A stretch of 64,000 bases of DNA from an uncultured Bacilli bacterium (GCA_934101425.1 CAKOQQ010000002.1:8141-72140), one strand, 5' to 3'. Numbered from the stretch's first letter, positions 19,841-28,533 are shown. Notes: a model not told the origin generated them from the sequence alone. Numbers and translations are program-made.

Positions 19841-20938
19841 CTATAAATACCATAACTTTTTACCATTTTTTCTTACTTCTTTAATAATTCCACCACCAAG
19901 ACATTCTTCACCATTATAAAGTACACAAGCTTGTCCTGGAGTAACACTTTTTACATTATTATATTTAACTAATATATTACCATCACTAAGATATTCTAAA
20001 CTAACAGGATTATCTTTTTGTCTATATCTAAATTTAGCTGTACAATTAGTTAATTTTTCAGCACCTAAATAATTTACATCTTCAATAACACATGAATCAG
20101 ATAATAAATAATCATTATCTTCACCAATACATATATATAATATATTTTTATTTAAATCTTTACCTACTACAAACATTCTTTCTTTAGTGCCACCAATATC
20201 AAGACCTTTTCTTTGTCCTATTGTATAATACATAAGTCCAATATGTTTACCTATCACTTCGTTAGTATCAATATTAACAATATCACCAGGAGTATTAGGT
20301 AAATAATTTTCTAAGAATTTAGTGAAATTTCTTTCTCCTATAAAACATATACCTGTAGAATCTTTCTTTTTAGCTGTTATAAGACCATTGTCTAATGCAA
20401 TTTTTCTTACATCTGATTTAACCATATCACCTATTGGAAATAATACATTTTTAAGTTGTTCTTTTGATACTTGAGATAAGAAATAAGTTTGATCCTTATT
20501 ATCGTCTACACCTCTTAATAACTTACCATTTTCTATTCTAGCGTAATGGCCAGTAGCAATAAAGTCAGCACCTAATTTAACTGCTTCACGTCTAAACATA
20601 TCAAACTTAATATATTTATTACACATTATATCAGGATTAGGCGTTCTACCATGTTTAAGTTCATCTAAAAAATAAGTAAAAACATAATCCCAATATTCTT
20701 TTACAAAATCTTTTCTATAAAGTGGAATACCAAGTTTATCACATACTTTTTTAGCATCATTATAATCTTCTTCTTGAGGGCAAATATTGCTAGTAGATGG
20801 AGCATCATACTCCATATTAGCTAGTGAATCCCAATTTCTCATAAAAAGACCAATTACTTCATAACCTTGTTCTTTTAATTTTATAGCAGCAACACTACTA
20901 TCTACTCCGCCACTCATACCTATTACAACTTTTTTCAC
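19841..20938 (-). CDS. mnmA: tRNA-specific 2-thiouridylase MnmA.
   Basis: It has a VVIGMSGGVDSSVAA PP-loop and a conserved C-terminal domain. Confidence 0.92.
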   Translation of the reverse strand: MKKVVIGMSGGVDSSVAAIKLKEQGYEVIGLFMRNWDSLANMEYDAPSTSNICPQEEDYNDAKKVCDKLGIPLYRKDFVKEYWDYVFTYFLDELKHGRTPNPDIMCNKYIKFDMFRREAVKLGADFIATGHYARIENGKLLRGVDDNKDQTYFLSQVSKEQLKNVLFPIGDMVKSDVRKIALDNGLITAKKKDSTGICFIGERNFTKFLENYLPNTPGDIVNIDTNEVIGKHIGLMYYTIGQRKGLDIGGTKERMFVVGKDLNKNILYICIGEDNDYLLSDSCVIEDVNYLGAEKLTNCTAKFRYRQKDNPVSLEYLSDGNILVKYNNVKSVTPGQACVLYNGEECLGGGIIKEVRKNGKKLWYL

Positions 20939-20987
20939 TTAAATCACCTATTACATTATACCACTTTTATAAATAAAGAAAACAGAT

Positions 20988-21323
20988 TTAATCTGTTTCT
21001 TCTTTGTTTTTACTAGTAAGGAATGTGACTTTCTCAGCAATTAATTCTACAACATATCTTTTTTCTTCTTCAGTTTCATAACTTCTACTTTGAATACGAC
21101 CTTTTATACCAACTAAATCTCCTTTTTTACAATATTGTGTTGTACTTTCTGCAACTCCTTTCCATAATACACAAGGAATATAATCAGTTTCATATTCTCC
21201 ATTCATATTTTTAAAACTTCTTGGAACAGCTAAAGTTATATTAGTAACCTTTTTACCGCTATCAGTTTCTTTAAGTTCTGGATCTTTTACAATTCTTCCT
21301 ACAATTACAGTTTGATTTAACAT
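20988..21323 (-). CDS. ssb: Single-stranded DNA-binding protein (short form with no obvious acidic tail).
   Basis: It has an OB-fold (MLNQTVIVGRIVKDPELKETDSGKKVTNITLAV). The ATG at 21323 with a GGAGG RBS is preferred over the track TTG start at 21338. Confidence 0.8.
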   Translation of the reverse strand: MLNQTVIVGRIVKDPELKETDSGKKVTNITLAVPRSFKNMNGEYETDYIPCVLWKGVAESTTQYCKKGDLVGIKGRIQSRSYETEEEKRYVVELIAEKVTFLTSKNKEETD

Positions 21324-21424
21324 TTGACCTCCTTTCAACTACATATTACAAACTTTTTTAACTAATAGCAAACAGCCAAAAATAAGAATTTGTTTAATCT
21401 TTTCTTTCTATTTTTATAAAATAA

Positions 21425-21448
21425 ATAAAAAAATAGAAGATATCAAAT
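21425..21448. terminator. Bidirectional intrinsic terminator candidate.
   Basis: There is a perfect 11-bp inverted repeat, AGAAGATATCA-aa-TGATATCTTCT, flanked by A-runs upstream and T-runs downstream. Confidence 0.5.
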
Positions 21449-21796
21449 GATATCTTCTTTTATTATTCATTTTTGGTAAATTTTAACTTTTTTAATTTTT
21501 TATTCGGCCTAAACAAAATACTAAAAAATATTAAAATACCGCTATAACATAATATAGTAATTGGCCAAATTAACATATATTATATTCATTAGAATAATAA
21601 CTTAGTTGCTAAGATAATATTTTTGTTGACTTTATTATAATGTAATCAATACTAACTCACACAACTAATTACCACGCACTAAATTTAAAACCTACCTTAT
21701 AAAAAAACTATTTGACTTCATCTTTTACTCTAAAATACATATTAACTTTAGTCTAGTGGATAACTACCTATATATAACCACATATAGTGGTAGTTA

Positions 21797-23104
21797 CTAA
21801 AAATAATTTTTAAGTAAAGCATTTAATTCTACTGCATATTCCATAGGAAGTTCTTCTCTAAAACGATCAATAAATCCCATTATAAGTAATTCTTTAGCTT
21901 TATCTATAGTAAGACCTCTACTCATTAAATAAAATAATTTTTCTTCATCAATTTTAGAGACTGTTGCTTCATGTTCTAATGTTGATGTAGTATTTTGTAC
22001 TTTATTTTTAGGAATAGTATCACTTTTAGAATCATCATCTACAATGATAGTATCACATTTTACGGTACTATTTGAATATTCTGCTTTTGAAGAAATATAA
22101 ACAGTTCCTCTATAACTAGCATTTCCGCCTTTTAATGATATAGATTTGCTTATTATATTACTCTTTGTATGAGGTGCTAAATGAATCATTTTAGCTCCCG
22201 TATCTTGTACTTGTTCATCTTTCGCTACAGCTATAGAAATACAATTGCCACTTGCATAATCACCATTTAAAATACAGCATGGATATTTCATATTGACCTT
22301 TGAACCTATATTACCATCTATCCATTCCATAAGACCATTTTCTTCTACTATAGCTCTTTTAGTTACTAAATTATAAACATCACTAGACCAATTTTGAATA
22401 GTAGTATATCTACATTTAGCGTCTTTCATAACATATATTTCAACTACAGCTGCATGAAGAGAATCAGATGTATAAGTAGGTGCAGTACAACCTTCCATAT
22501 AGTGTAATTCACTACCTTCATCTACTACAATTATAGTTCTTTCAAATTGCCCCATTTGCTTGCTATTTATTCTAAAGTAACTTTGTAATGGTCTATCAAT
22601 TTTTGTATGTGGTGGAACATATATAAAAGTACCACCACTCCAAACAGCTCCATTTAAAGCTGTATATTTATTTTCATCATATTTAACTAAATTATTAAAA
22701 TACTTTTTAAATATATCTGGATATTTTTTTAAAGCTGTATCAGTATCACAAAAAATAATGTTATTTTTTTCTACTTCTTCTAGCATATTGTGATATACAA
22801 CTTCACTTTCATATTGAGCCCCTACGCCACCTAAATATTTTTTTTCAGCATCAATAAGACCGATATTAGAAAATGTATCCTTTATATCAGTAGGGACTTC
22901 ATTCCAATCATCAACAATAGAAGATGTAGCTCTTTTATAATATGTAATATTATCAAAATTAATTTTTAATTCTGGACCAAATATTGGATTTGATAACTCC
23001 ATAAATTTATCATATGCTTTTAATCTAAAATCAAGCATCCATTTAGGCTCACCTTTTAATTTAGAAATTTCTTTTACTCTTGTCTTATTAAGCCCACTTT
23101 TCAT
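21797..23104 (-). CDS. sufB: Fe-S cluster assembly protein SufB.
   Basis: The full-length protein has SufB/SufD family similarity (LGGVGAQYESEVVYH...). Confidence 0.9.
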   Translation of the reverse strand: MKSGLNKTRVKEISKLKGEPKWMLDFRLKAYDKFMELSNPIFGPELKINFDNITYYKRATSSIVDDWNEVPTDIKDTFSNIGLIDAEKKYLGGVGAQYESEVVYHNMLEEVEKNNIIFCDTDTALKKYPDIFKKYFNNLVKYDENKYTALNGAVWSGGTFIYVPPHTKIDRPLQSYFRINSKQMGQFERTIIVVDEGSELHYMEGCTAPTYTSDSLHAAVVEIYVMKDAKCRYTTIQNWSSDVYNLVTKRAIVEENGLMEWIDGNIGSKVNMKYPCCILNGDYASGNCISIAVAKDEQVQDTGAKMIHLAPHTKSNIISKSISLKGGNASYRGTVYISSKAEYSNSTVKCDTIIVDDDSKSDTIPKNKVQNTTSTLEHEATVSKIDEEKLFYLMSRGLTIDKAKELLIMGFIDRFREELPMEYAVELNALLKNYF

Positions 23105-23123
23105 AACATCACCTATTATTAAA

Positions 23124-23480
23124 CTATTTTTTATTTTCTACTCTCTTTTTTTGCATTACTTTTTCTACTTTTCTCTTTTTTAAAGCTACACTAAGTTTAG
23201 TAAGAACATCAATTCTATCTAATCTAGCAGGTTCCATTCTAAGAGCATAATAAACTCCAGGAACTATATTAGGAGCTTCGTGAGGTAAAATTTTGTTATT
23301 CTTATCTCTATCAAAATAGCGATAAGCTTCTCCTGTTTCAATATCTACAACAGTTTTACTTTGAGAGTCTTTAACACCTAAAATACTAAAATCACTCTTT
23401 TCATCAACAAAAAGAATTGGACTTTTCTTAAAATCCTTACTATCTTCAAACTTAGCAATCCAAACTTCTAATAAATCCAT
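23124..23480 (-). CDS. Hypothetical protein (118 aa, Lys-rich C-terminal tail) between sufU and sufB.
   Basis: The ORF sits in the operon with a 3-nt gap to sufU. No family was recognised. Confidence 0.5.
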   Translation of the reverse strand: MDLLEVWIAKFEDSKDFKKSPILFVDEKSDFSILGVKDSQSKTVVDIETGEAYRYFDRDKNNKILPHEAPNIVPGVYYALRMEPARLDRIDVLTKLSVALKKRKVEKVMQKKRVENKK

Positions 23481-23482
23481 AA

Positions 23483-23905
23483 TTATTCCCCCTTATTAAT
23501 TATTTTTTCTATGCCCCACCAAGAAAGCAAGGCACATTTTTTTCTATTTGGTTGTCTATAAATATCATCATATACTATAGCAGATTCTAAAATATCTTTA
23601 TTATATTCTTTTTCATTTATCATATTATCAAAATTATTAACTATTTCTCTAGCTTCTTCTAATGTTTTGCCTATTAAAGTTTCTGTCATAATAGAAGTAG
23701 AACTTGTACATATTGCACATGCTTCACCATCATATTTTATATCCACTATTCTATCATTTTCTATTTTTGCCATAATATTAACTTCATCTATACAACTTTC
23801 ACTATTCATATTAACACTTACATATCCACTATCATCTATAAGGCCTTTATTTCTAGGATTTTGATAATGATCTAATATTATACTTCTTTTTAAATTAGAA
23901 TCCAT
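23483..23905 (-). CDS. sufU: SufU/IscU-like Fe-S cluster scaffold or sulfur acceptor.
   Basis: It has DHYQNPRNKG, DEVNI, GEACAICTSS and LLSWW motifs. Confidence 0.88.
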   Translation of the reverse strand: MDSNLKRSIILDHYQNPRNKGLIDDSGYVSVNMNSESCIDEVNIMAKIENDRIVDIKYDGEACAICTSSTSIMTETLIGKTLEEAREIVNNFDNMINEKEYNKDILESAIVYDDIYRQPNRKKCALLSWWGIEKIINKGE

Positions 23906-23952
23906 AGTACCACCTAGATAGTATTATAGTATAAAATATAGGAAAAATCAAC

Positions 23953-23972
23953 AAAAAAGAGGCCTAAGCCTC
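23953..23972 (-). terminator. Intrinsic terminator of the ABC exporter gene, overlapping its stop codon.
   Basis: On the minus strand, the hairpin gaggc-uuag-gccuc is followed by a U6 run. Confidence 0.55.
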
Positions 23973-25706
23973 CATACTTTCTAAAGATTCTGAGTGATAT
24001 AAATTACTATAAACATCTGATTCTTTCATAAGTTTTTTATGCGTTCCACTTGCTAGTAATTTTCCTTTATCAATTATATTAATAACATCAGCATCTACTA
24101 TTGTAGATAATCTATGAGCTACTATAATTATTGTATGATCTTTAACGAGTTCATTTATTGTCTTCTTAATATATTCTTGAGACTCATTATCAAGGGCACT
24201 AGTAGCTTCATCAAATAATATTATTTTTGTATTAAGTACTAAAGTTCTAGCAATCGCAAGTCTTTGTTTTTGACCACCAGATAAATTAACTCCACCTTCA
24301 CCTATTAAAGTATCATATTTTTTAGGTAAAGACATAATATATTCATCTATATAAGCTTTCTTACAAACGTCTCTTACTTCATCTAATGTAATATCAGGTT
24401 TAACAAGTCTAAAATTATCCATAATAGTTAAATTAAATAAGAATGGCATTTGTCTAATAACAGATATATTTTTTCTTAAACTATCTTCAGATAAATCTTT
24501 TATATTAACGTTGTCAATAAGAATTTCTCCTTTAGTAGCATCAAAGTATCTTAATAGCAAATTAAATATTGTTGATTTACCATTACCACTTCTACCAACT
24601 ACAGCAGTCTTCTTATTAGGTTCAATATTTAAAGATAAACCAGTAAGTACATTATCTTCATCATCTTTGTATTTAAAGTACACATTCTTAAATTCTACTA
24701 TACCTTTTGGATTAGTTAATTCTACATTACCATACTTTTCATCCTTATATAATTTATTATTAACAATTTCATCAATTCTTTTTAAAGAAACACTTACTTT
24801 ATTATAATTAACTCCAAAATCACTTATACTCTCTACTACTTCATCAATTCTCCAAATATACATTTCTATCATTACAAAAATACTATATTCAATTTTACCA
24901 TTTATAAATAAATATCCAGTAGTAAATAAAATTATAAATTGTAGTATAAAATAAATTAAACTATTTAAGTTATAATAAAATGTTTCATAAACTCTAATTT
25001 TTTTAGAAAAAGCAAATAGACTAGTAAGTCTAGTTTTAACCCTATTTTTTATATTTTCTTTTATACCTAATGATTTTATTTCTCTTATACCAGCAATATC
25101 TTCATTAGCAATTTTTACATATTCATCAGATTGTTTCTTAATATTCTCTTGCATCTTTTTAATTTTTGGAAAGAATACATAAGATATAAGCCCCATACAT
25201 ATTGCAAATACAAGTATTTCTATTCCTAGTATAATAGATATTTTAAAACATATAAATATAACAATAAATACTACAATAAACTTACATATAACTTTTATTA
25301 GTTTAGCAAGTAATTCCATAACTCTATCAGGATCAGTATAAAGTCTATTTATAAATTCCCCTGACCCTATCTCTTCAAATGCAACTGAAGGTAAATCCAC
25401 TAACTTAGTATACAAATCTAAACTAACATTTTTCATAAATTTAAGTTCTAAATAATTATATAAATAATCTCTTGGAATTTGTAATATAGCATAAAAAATT
25501 ATATATAACCCTTCCCATAAACCTAAAAACAAAATAAAGTTATGTAAATCTTTTAAAAGTAAATATTCAAGAGCTTTACCCCAAAAGATAGCTGCCACAA
25601 GTGAAGGTAAATAAGTAAGCATAACAAGTAAAACATATAAAAATAATTTTAGTTTTTCATCTTTTAAATAATGCCATAAAATTTTAAAATTCTTTGTTTT
25701 TTTCAT
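23964..25706 (-). CDS. ABC exporter with fused transmembrane and ATPase domains (MsbA/LmrA-like half transporter).
   Basis: There are six N-terminal TM helices, then Walker A (GRSGNGKST), signature (LSGGQKQRLAIAR) and Walker B motifs. Confidence 0.88.
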   Translation of the reverse strand: MKKTKNFKILWHYLKDEKLKLFLYVLLVMLTYLPSLVAAIFWGKALEYLLLKDLHNFILFLGLWEGLYIIFYAILQIPRDYLYNYLELKFMKNVSLDLYTKLVDLPSVAFEEIGSGEFINRLYTDPDRVMELLAKLIKVICKFIVVFIVIFICFKISIILGIEILVFAICMGLISYVFFPKIKKMQENIKKQSDEYVKIANEDIAGIREIKSLGIKENIKNRVKTRLTSLFAFSKKIRVYETFYYNLNSLIYFILQFIILFTTGYLFINGKIEYSIFVMIEMYIWRIDEVVESISDFGVNYNKVSVSLKRIDEIVNNKLYKDEKYGNVELTNPKGIVEFKNVYFKYKDDEDNVLTGLSLNIEPNKKTAVVGRSGNGKSTIFNLLLRYFDATKGEILIDNVNIKDLSEDSLRKNISVIRQMPFLFNLTIMDNFRLVKPDITLDEVRDVCKKAYIDEYIMSLPKKYDTLIGEGGVNLSGGQKQRLAIARTLVLNTKIILFDEATSALDNESQEYIKKTINELVKDHTIIIVAHRLSTIVDADVINIIDKGKLLASGTHKKLMKESDVYSNLYHSESLESMEA

Positions 25707-25719
25707 AATACACCTCCAT

Positions 25720-25743
25720 AAAAAAACTACTATTTAATAGTAG
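25720..25743 (-). terminator. Intrinsic terminator/attenuator between the leader ORF and the ABC exporter start.
   Basis: On the minus strand, cuacuau-uaa-auaguag (7-bp stem) is followed by U7 and then the GGAGG RBS and ATG of the ABC gene. Confidence 0.6.
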
Positions 25744-25749
25744 TACGCT

Positions 25750-25824
25750 TTACATAACATTAAAACGAGTGAAAATATTCACCATATTACTACTATTTAT
25801 TTTATAATTCCAAATTAATTTCAT
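25750..25824 (-). CDS. Leader peptide ORF of 24 aa (MKLIWNYKINSSNMVNIFTRFNVM).
   Basis: There is an AAGGAG RBS 9 nt upstream of the ATG. The stop codon lies 6 nt upstream of the terminator hairpin. The ORF has its own promoter (TTGACA, 17-nt spacer, TAAAAT) at 25851-25879. Confidence 0.55.
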   Translation of the reverse strand: MKLIWNYKINSSNMVNIFTRFNVM

Positions 25825-25850
25825 ATTCTCACTCCTTAGAAATTATATTC

Positions 25851-25879
25851 ATTTTAACATTTAAATATATAGGTGTCAA
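25851..25879 (-). promoter_or_regulatory. Sigma-A-type promoter driving the leader peptide and ABC exporter transcript.
   Basis: On the minus strand there is TTGACA, a 17-nt spacer and TAAAAT. Confidence 0.5.
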
Positions 25880-25905
25880 CAAACACTTTTTTATACCATT
25901 ATTCC

Positions 25906-25930
25906 TTTTAGTTATAAAAAAAGAAGCTAT
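25906..25930 (-). terminator. Intrinsic terminator of spoVS.
   Basis: The hairpin agaagcta-ga-tagcttct is followed by a U7 run on the minus strand. Confidence 0.6.
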
Positions 25931-26187
25931 CTAGCTTCTACAATTAATTTTATAGCAGTTCTATCTTCTCCATCAATTACTATATCCGTAAAAGCTGGAA
26001 TACAAACTAAATTTTTACCACTAGGTGCTACAAATCCTCTTGCTATTGCAATACTTTTAATTGCTTGATTAAGAGCTCCAGCCCCTATTGCTTGTATTTC
26101 TACACTACCTTTTTCTCTAAAAACATTTGCAAGTGCTCCTGCTACAGAATTTGGATTAGATTTAGATCCAACTTTAAGTGTTTCCAT
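25927..26187 (-). CDS. spoVS: Stage V sporulation protein S.
   Basis: The 86-aa product is nearly identical in pattern to B. subtilis SpoVS (METLKVGSKSNPNSVAGALA...AIGAGALNQAIKSIAIARGF...IKLIVE). Confidence 0.93.
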   Translation of the reverse strand: METLKVGSKSNPNSVAGALANVFREKGSVEIQAIGAGALNQAIKSIAIARGFVAPSGKNLVCIPAFTDIVIDGEDRTAIKLIVEAR

Positions 26188-26246
26188 TTTTATTCCCTCT
26201 TTCTAAATAATTATATGTTAAATATTAATTTTTTTTACCAAAATTA

Positions 26247-26274
26247 TTGACTTTTTCTATTTTTATAGTATAAT
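26247..26274 (+). promoter_or_regulatory. Promoter of tRNA-Gly.
   Basis: TTGACT, a 16-nt spacer and TATAAT lie about 20 nt upstream of the tRNA 5' end. Confidence 0.5.
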
Positions 26275-26293
26275 TAAAAATGCCTACTGATTT

Positions 26294-26367
26294 GCAGGTG
26301 TAGTTCAATGGTAGAATCCTAGCCTTCCAAGCTAGCTACGTGGGTCCGATTCCCATCACCTGCTCCA
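26294..26367 (+). tRNA. tRNA-Gly (TCC).
   Basis: The sequence is GCAGGTGTAGTTCAATGGTAGAATCCTAGCCTTCCAAGCTAG...CACCTGCTCCA. The anticodon is UCC and the CCA end is encoded. Confidence 0.9.
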
Positions 26368-26459
26368 ATTGAAATCAACTTACAGACTTAATTGTTCGTA
26401 AGTTTTTATTTTTATATAAAACTTTAAAAGTTCTCTTTCTAGAAAGGAGGACTTTTTTC

Positions 26460-26739
26460 ATGCTTGAATTTAAAGTAATTGCAAATTTAAAACCTAATAA
26501 AGATTTTAACTGACATCTTAAAAAACTTTAAATATACAGTTAAATTAGGACAAATTAAAACTATCTTGCACACCAATCTACAAGTAATAATACCTACTGA
26601 ATACCAAATTACATATCCTACTACTTTTACAATACTTGAATACAAAGTTAATGAAATATCAAATAAGCCATTTTATATTAAAGAACATAATCAAAAGTAC
26701 AATATTAAAGAAATTACACAATTTTTGAAAAAGTTTTAA
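26460..26739 (+). pseudogene. Frameshifted hypothetical gene: a 17-aa N-terminal fragment followed by a +1 frame continuation.
   Basis: A strong RBS (AAAGGAGGA) and ATG give MLEFKVIANLKPNKDFN*. The +1 frame, open from 26491, continues ...NLIKILTDILKKLNKFKYTVKLGQIKTILHTNLQV...ITQFLKKF*. Confidence 0.45.
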
Positions 26740-26826
26740 TTTTAGACTATACATTTTGCTTATTTGTGAGGAAACATATGAGAAGTATTTTAATATTTCT
26801 CGAAATTTAGTGAAAGGAGGAAAACT

Positions 26827-26949
26827 ATGAGATGTGGTATTTATGTAAGAGTATCTACTGACGACCAAAGAGATAATGGTTATTCTATTGATTCACAACT
26901 TAGAATGAATAAAGAATATTGTGAAAAGAATGAATATGTTTTTGTATAA
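26827..26949 (+). pseudogene. Truncated serine recombinase (resolvase/integrase) N-terminal fragment of 40 aa.
   Basis: The product MRCGIYVRVSTDDQRDNGYSIDSQLRMNKEY...* carries the catalytic-Ser motif IYxRVSTxxQ of serine recombinases and stops after 40 codons. It is preceded by a GAAAGGAGG RBS. Confidence 0.7.
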
Positions 26950-26963
26950 ATAATCATCAAAAA

Positions 26964-27012
26964 AAGAGGAAAAAATTATCAAAATAATTTAATCCTCTTT
27001 TTATATTTTTTA
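26964..27012. terminator. Bidirectional intrinsic terminator.
   Basis: A 7-bp stem, aagagga...tcctctt, is flanked by A6 upstream and T-runs downstream. Confidence 0.5.
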
Positions 27013-27110
27013 GAGTGTGGGAGTAAAAGTTGTGTCCAGCCAGCACTGAATTTATACTCCCGTATAAATTCATACATGGGGATTCCCATACCCTTTGTAC
27101 ATAAAAATTA

Positions 27111-28346
27111 TTAATTTATCACGTGATATTTCCAGCCATTGATTGATTCTCCTGTTCCAGTAGTATAACCCCTATTTAAATCCATACTTAATGAAAAAGT
27201 AAAGTTATTGGAAGTAGTATCAATATAATAACATCCAAATTTGTATCCGTCATAATAATCATCACTTGAATTTCCATAATATCTATGTTCATTTGGAAAT
27301 TCTATTTCATCATGTTTAATATCTAGTTGTCCGACATAACCATAAACCTTTACAATTTCAATATTATCATACTCTCTTAAATATTCTAATTCATTTGTTA
27401 TATTATATTTTAATGTTTCCATATTATTTTCACTATTATCCTTAATGTAAAATGAAATAGATAAATCTGATTCTTGTAAAATATATTCTAAAAATTGTTC
27501 TATATTTTTATCAGTAATCAATGTGTTAAATTTTGTTTGTAGAACCGCATTAATAATATTATCATTTCCGCTCCAACTACCGCCATATGATTTATTAAAT
27601 TCAATGTAATCAAATTTTATTCCTGTCTTTTGATAATAGTAATTTATCAAAATATCATTTAAATCTCTCAATTGCCTATTATCAGAAATAAAACCTTTTC
27701 TATCAACAACAGTAATTAGTTCGTTATTGTTTTTGAATACAGTTATATAAGGAATATTGTATGTAGAACCATTACCAAAAATATCTGAATGTCTAGTATA
27801 ATCTTGTTCACGATAATAAATACAATCGCTTTCTTGAATATTTATATTATATTTATCATTTAAGAAACTAGCCATTTTATTAATTTCTTTCTTTTTAACA
27901 TTATTATATATATTTAATTCTTCTCTTTGCTGTATAACATACTTTGAATAATCAAATACACAAAGAAACAAAGTTAATAAAGTTATTAATATCAAAGGAA
28001 TTGTTATTGCTTTGTTTTTAATATTTCTTTCTAATGTCTTTGGAATAATATTTTGCTTCTTATTTTTTCTAACTTCAATAATTTTAAAAATAGAATTAAC
28101 AATTAATAAAAATAAATAAGCACATAATGCAAAAAAACATATTAATAAATATCCAAGACCATCCCAACCTAAATATTGATTAGATAAAGCGTAGAACCCG
28201 ACCAATACAACACTTATTATAGATGATATATTGATTGAAAATAATATTAGCCAGTTTTTATTATCTTTTGATTTTATAGACTTTATTAAAAAATATATAT
28301 TAAATATTAATTGTAGTATAAATAAAATTATTAATAAAACATCCAT
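27111..28346 (-). CDS. Hypothetical membrane protein with four N-terminal TM helices and a roughly 270-aa C-terminal domain.
   Basis: This is a 411-codon ORF that starts at ATG. No family was recognised. Confidence 0.55.
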   Translation of the reverse strand: MDVLLIILFILQLIFNIYFLIKSIKSKDNKNWLILFSINISSIISVVLVGFYALSNQYLGWDGLGYLLICFFALCAYLFLLIVNSIFKIIEVRKNKKQNIIPKTLERNIKNKAITIPLILITLLTLFLCVFDYSKYVIQQREELNIYNNVKKKEINKMASFLNDKYNINIQESDCIYYREQDYTRHSDIFGNGSTYNIPYITVFKNNNELITVVDRKGFISDNRQLRDLNDILINYYYQKTGIKFDYIEFNKSYGGSWSGNDNIINAVLQTKFNTLITDKNIEQFLEYILQESDLSISFYIKDNSENNMETLKYNITNELEYLREYDNIEIVKVYGYVGQLDIKHDEIEFPNEHRYYGNSSDDYYDGYKFGCYYIDTTSNNFTFSLSMDLNRGYTTGTGESINGWKYHVIN

Positions 28347-28408
28347 TTTTTACCTTCTTTATTTTATATTTAGTATATCATAAAAATTATTTTTTTCATA
28401 TACTCCCA

Positions 28409-28437
28409 TTGAATTTTAATCATGATTCATATATAAT
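28409..28437 (+). promoter_or_regulatory. Near-consensus sigma-A promoter for the orphan small transcript.
   Basis: TTGAAT, a 17-nt spacer and TATAAT are present. Confidence 0.55.
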
Positions 28438-28443
28438 GTTTTT

Positions 28444-28525
28444 AGAAAGAGAGCGCTGTAGTTCGTAAGCTGTAGCTTAATCGCTCCAAATGATTATGAA
28501 ATCAATCGAAAGATTGATTTTTTTG
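28444..28525 (+). ncRNA. Candidate small RNA of about 80 nt, of unknown class.
   Basis: It is bounded by the promoter above and a strong intrinsic terminator: a 9-bp stem (aaatcaatc...gattgattt) with a GAAA loop and a T7 run. The internal motif gctgtag-ttcgtaa-gctgtag lies between gagcg and cgctc arms. It sits between two minus-strand genes. Confidence 0.4.
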
Positions 28526-28533
28526 TATCTTAT

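Noticed and set aside
26659-26868. A 69-aa minus-strand ORF in the mobile-element scar.
   Set aside because: It overlaps the RBS and start of the serine-recombinase fragment on the opposite strand and has no RBS of its own. It is a chance ORF in AT-rich DNA.
27003-27100. A GC-enriched segment with a gggagta...tactccc hairpin, considered as a possible tRNA or tmRNA-like gene.
   Set aside because: No cloverleaf could be built. It is better explained as the distal, att-like end of the decayed element, including a partial tRNA-Gly T-arm repeat.
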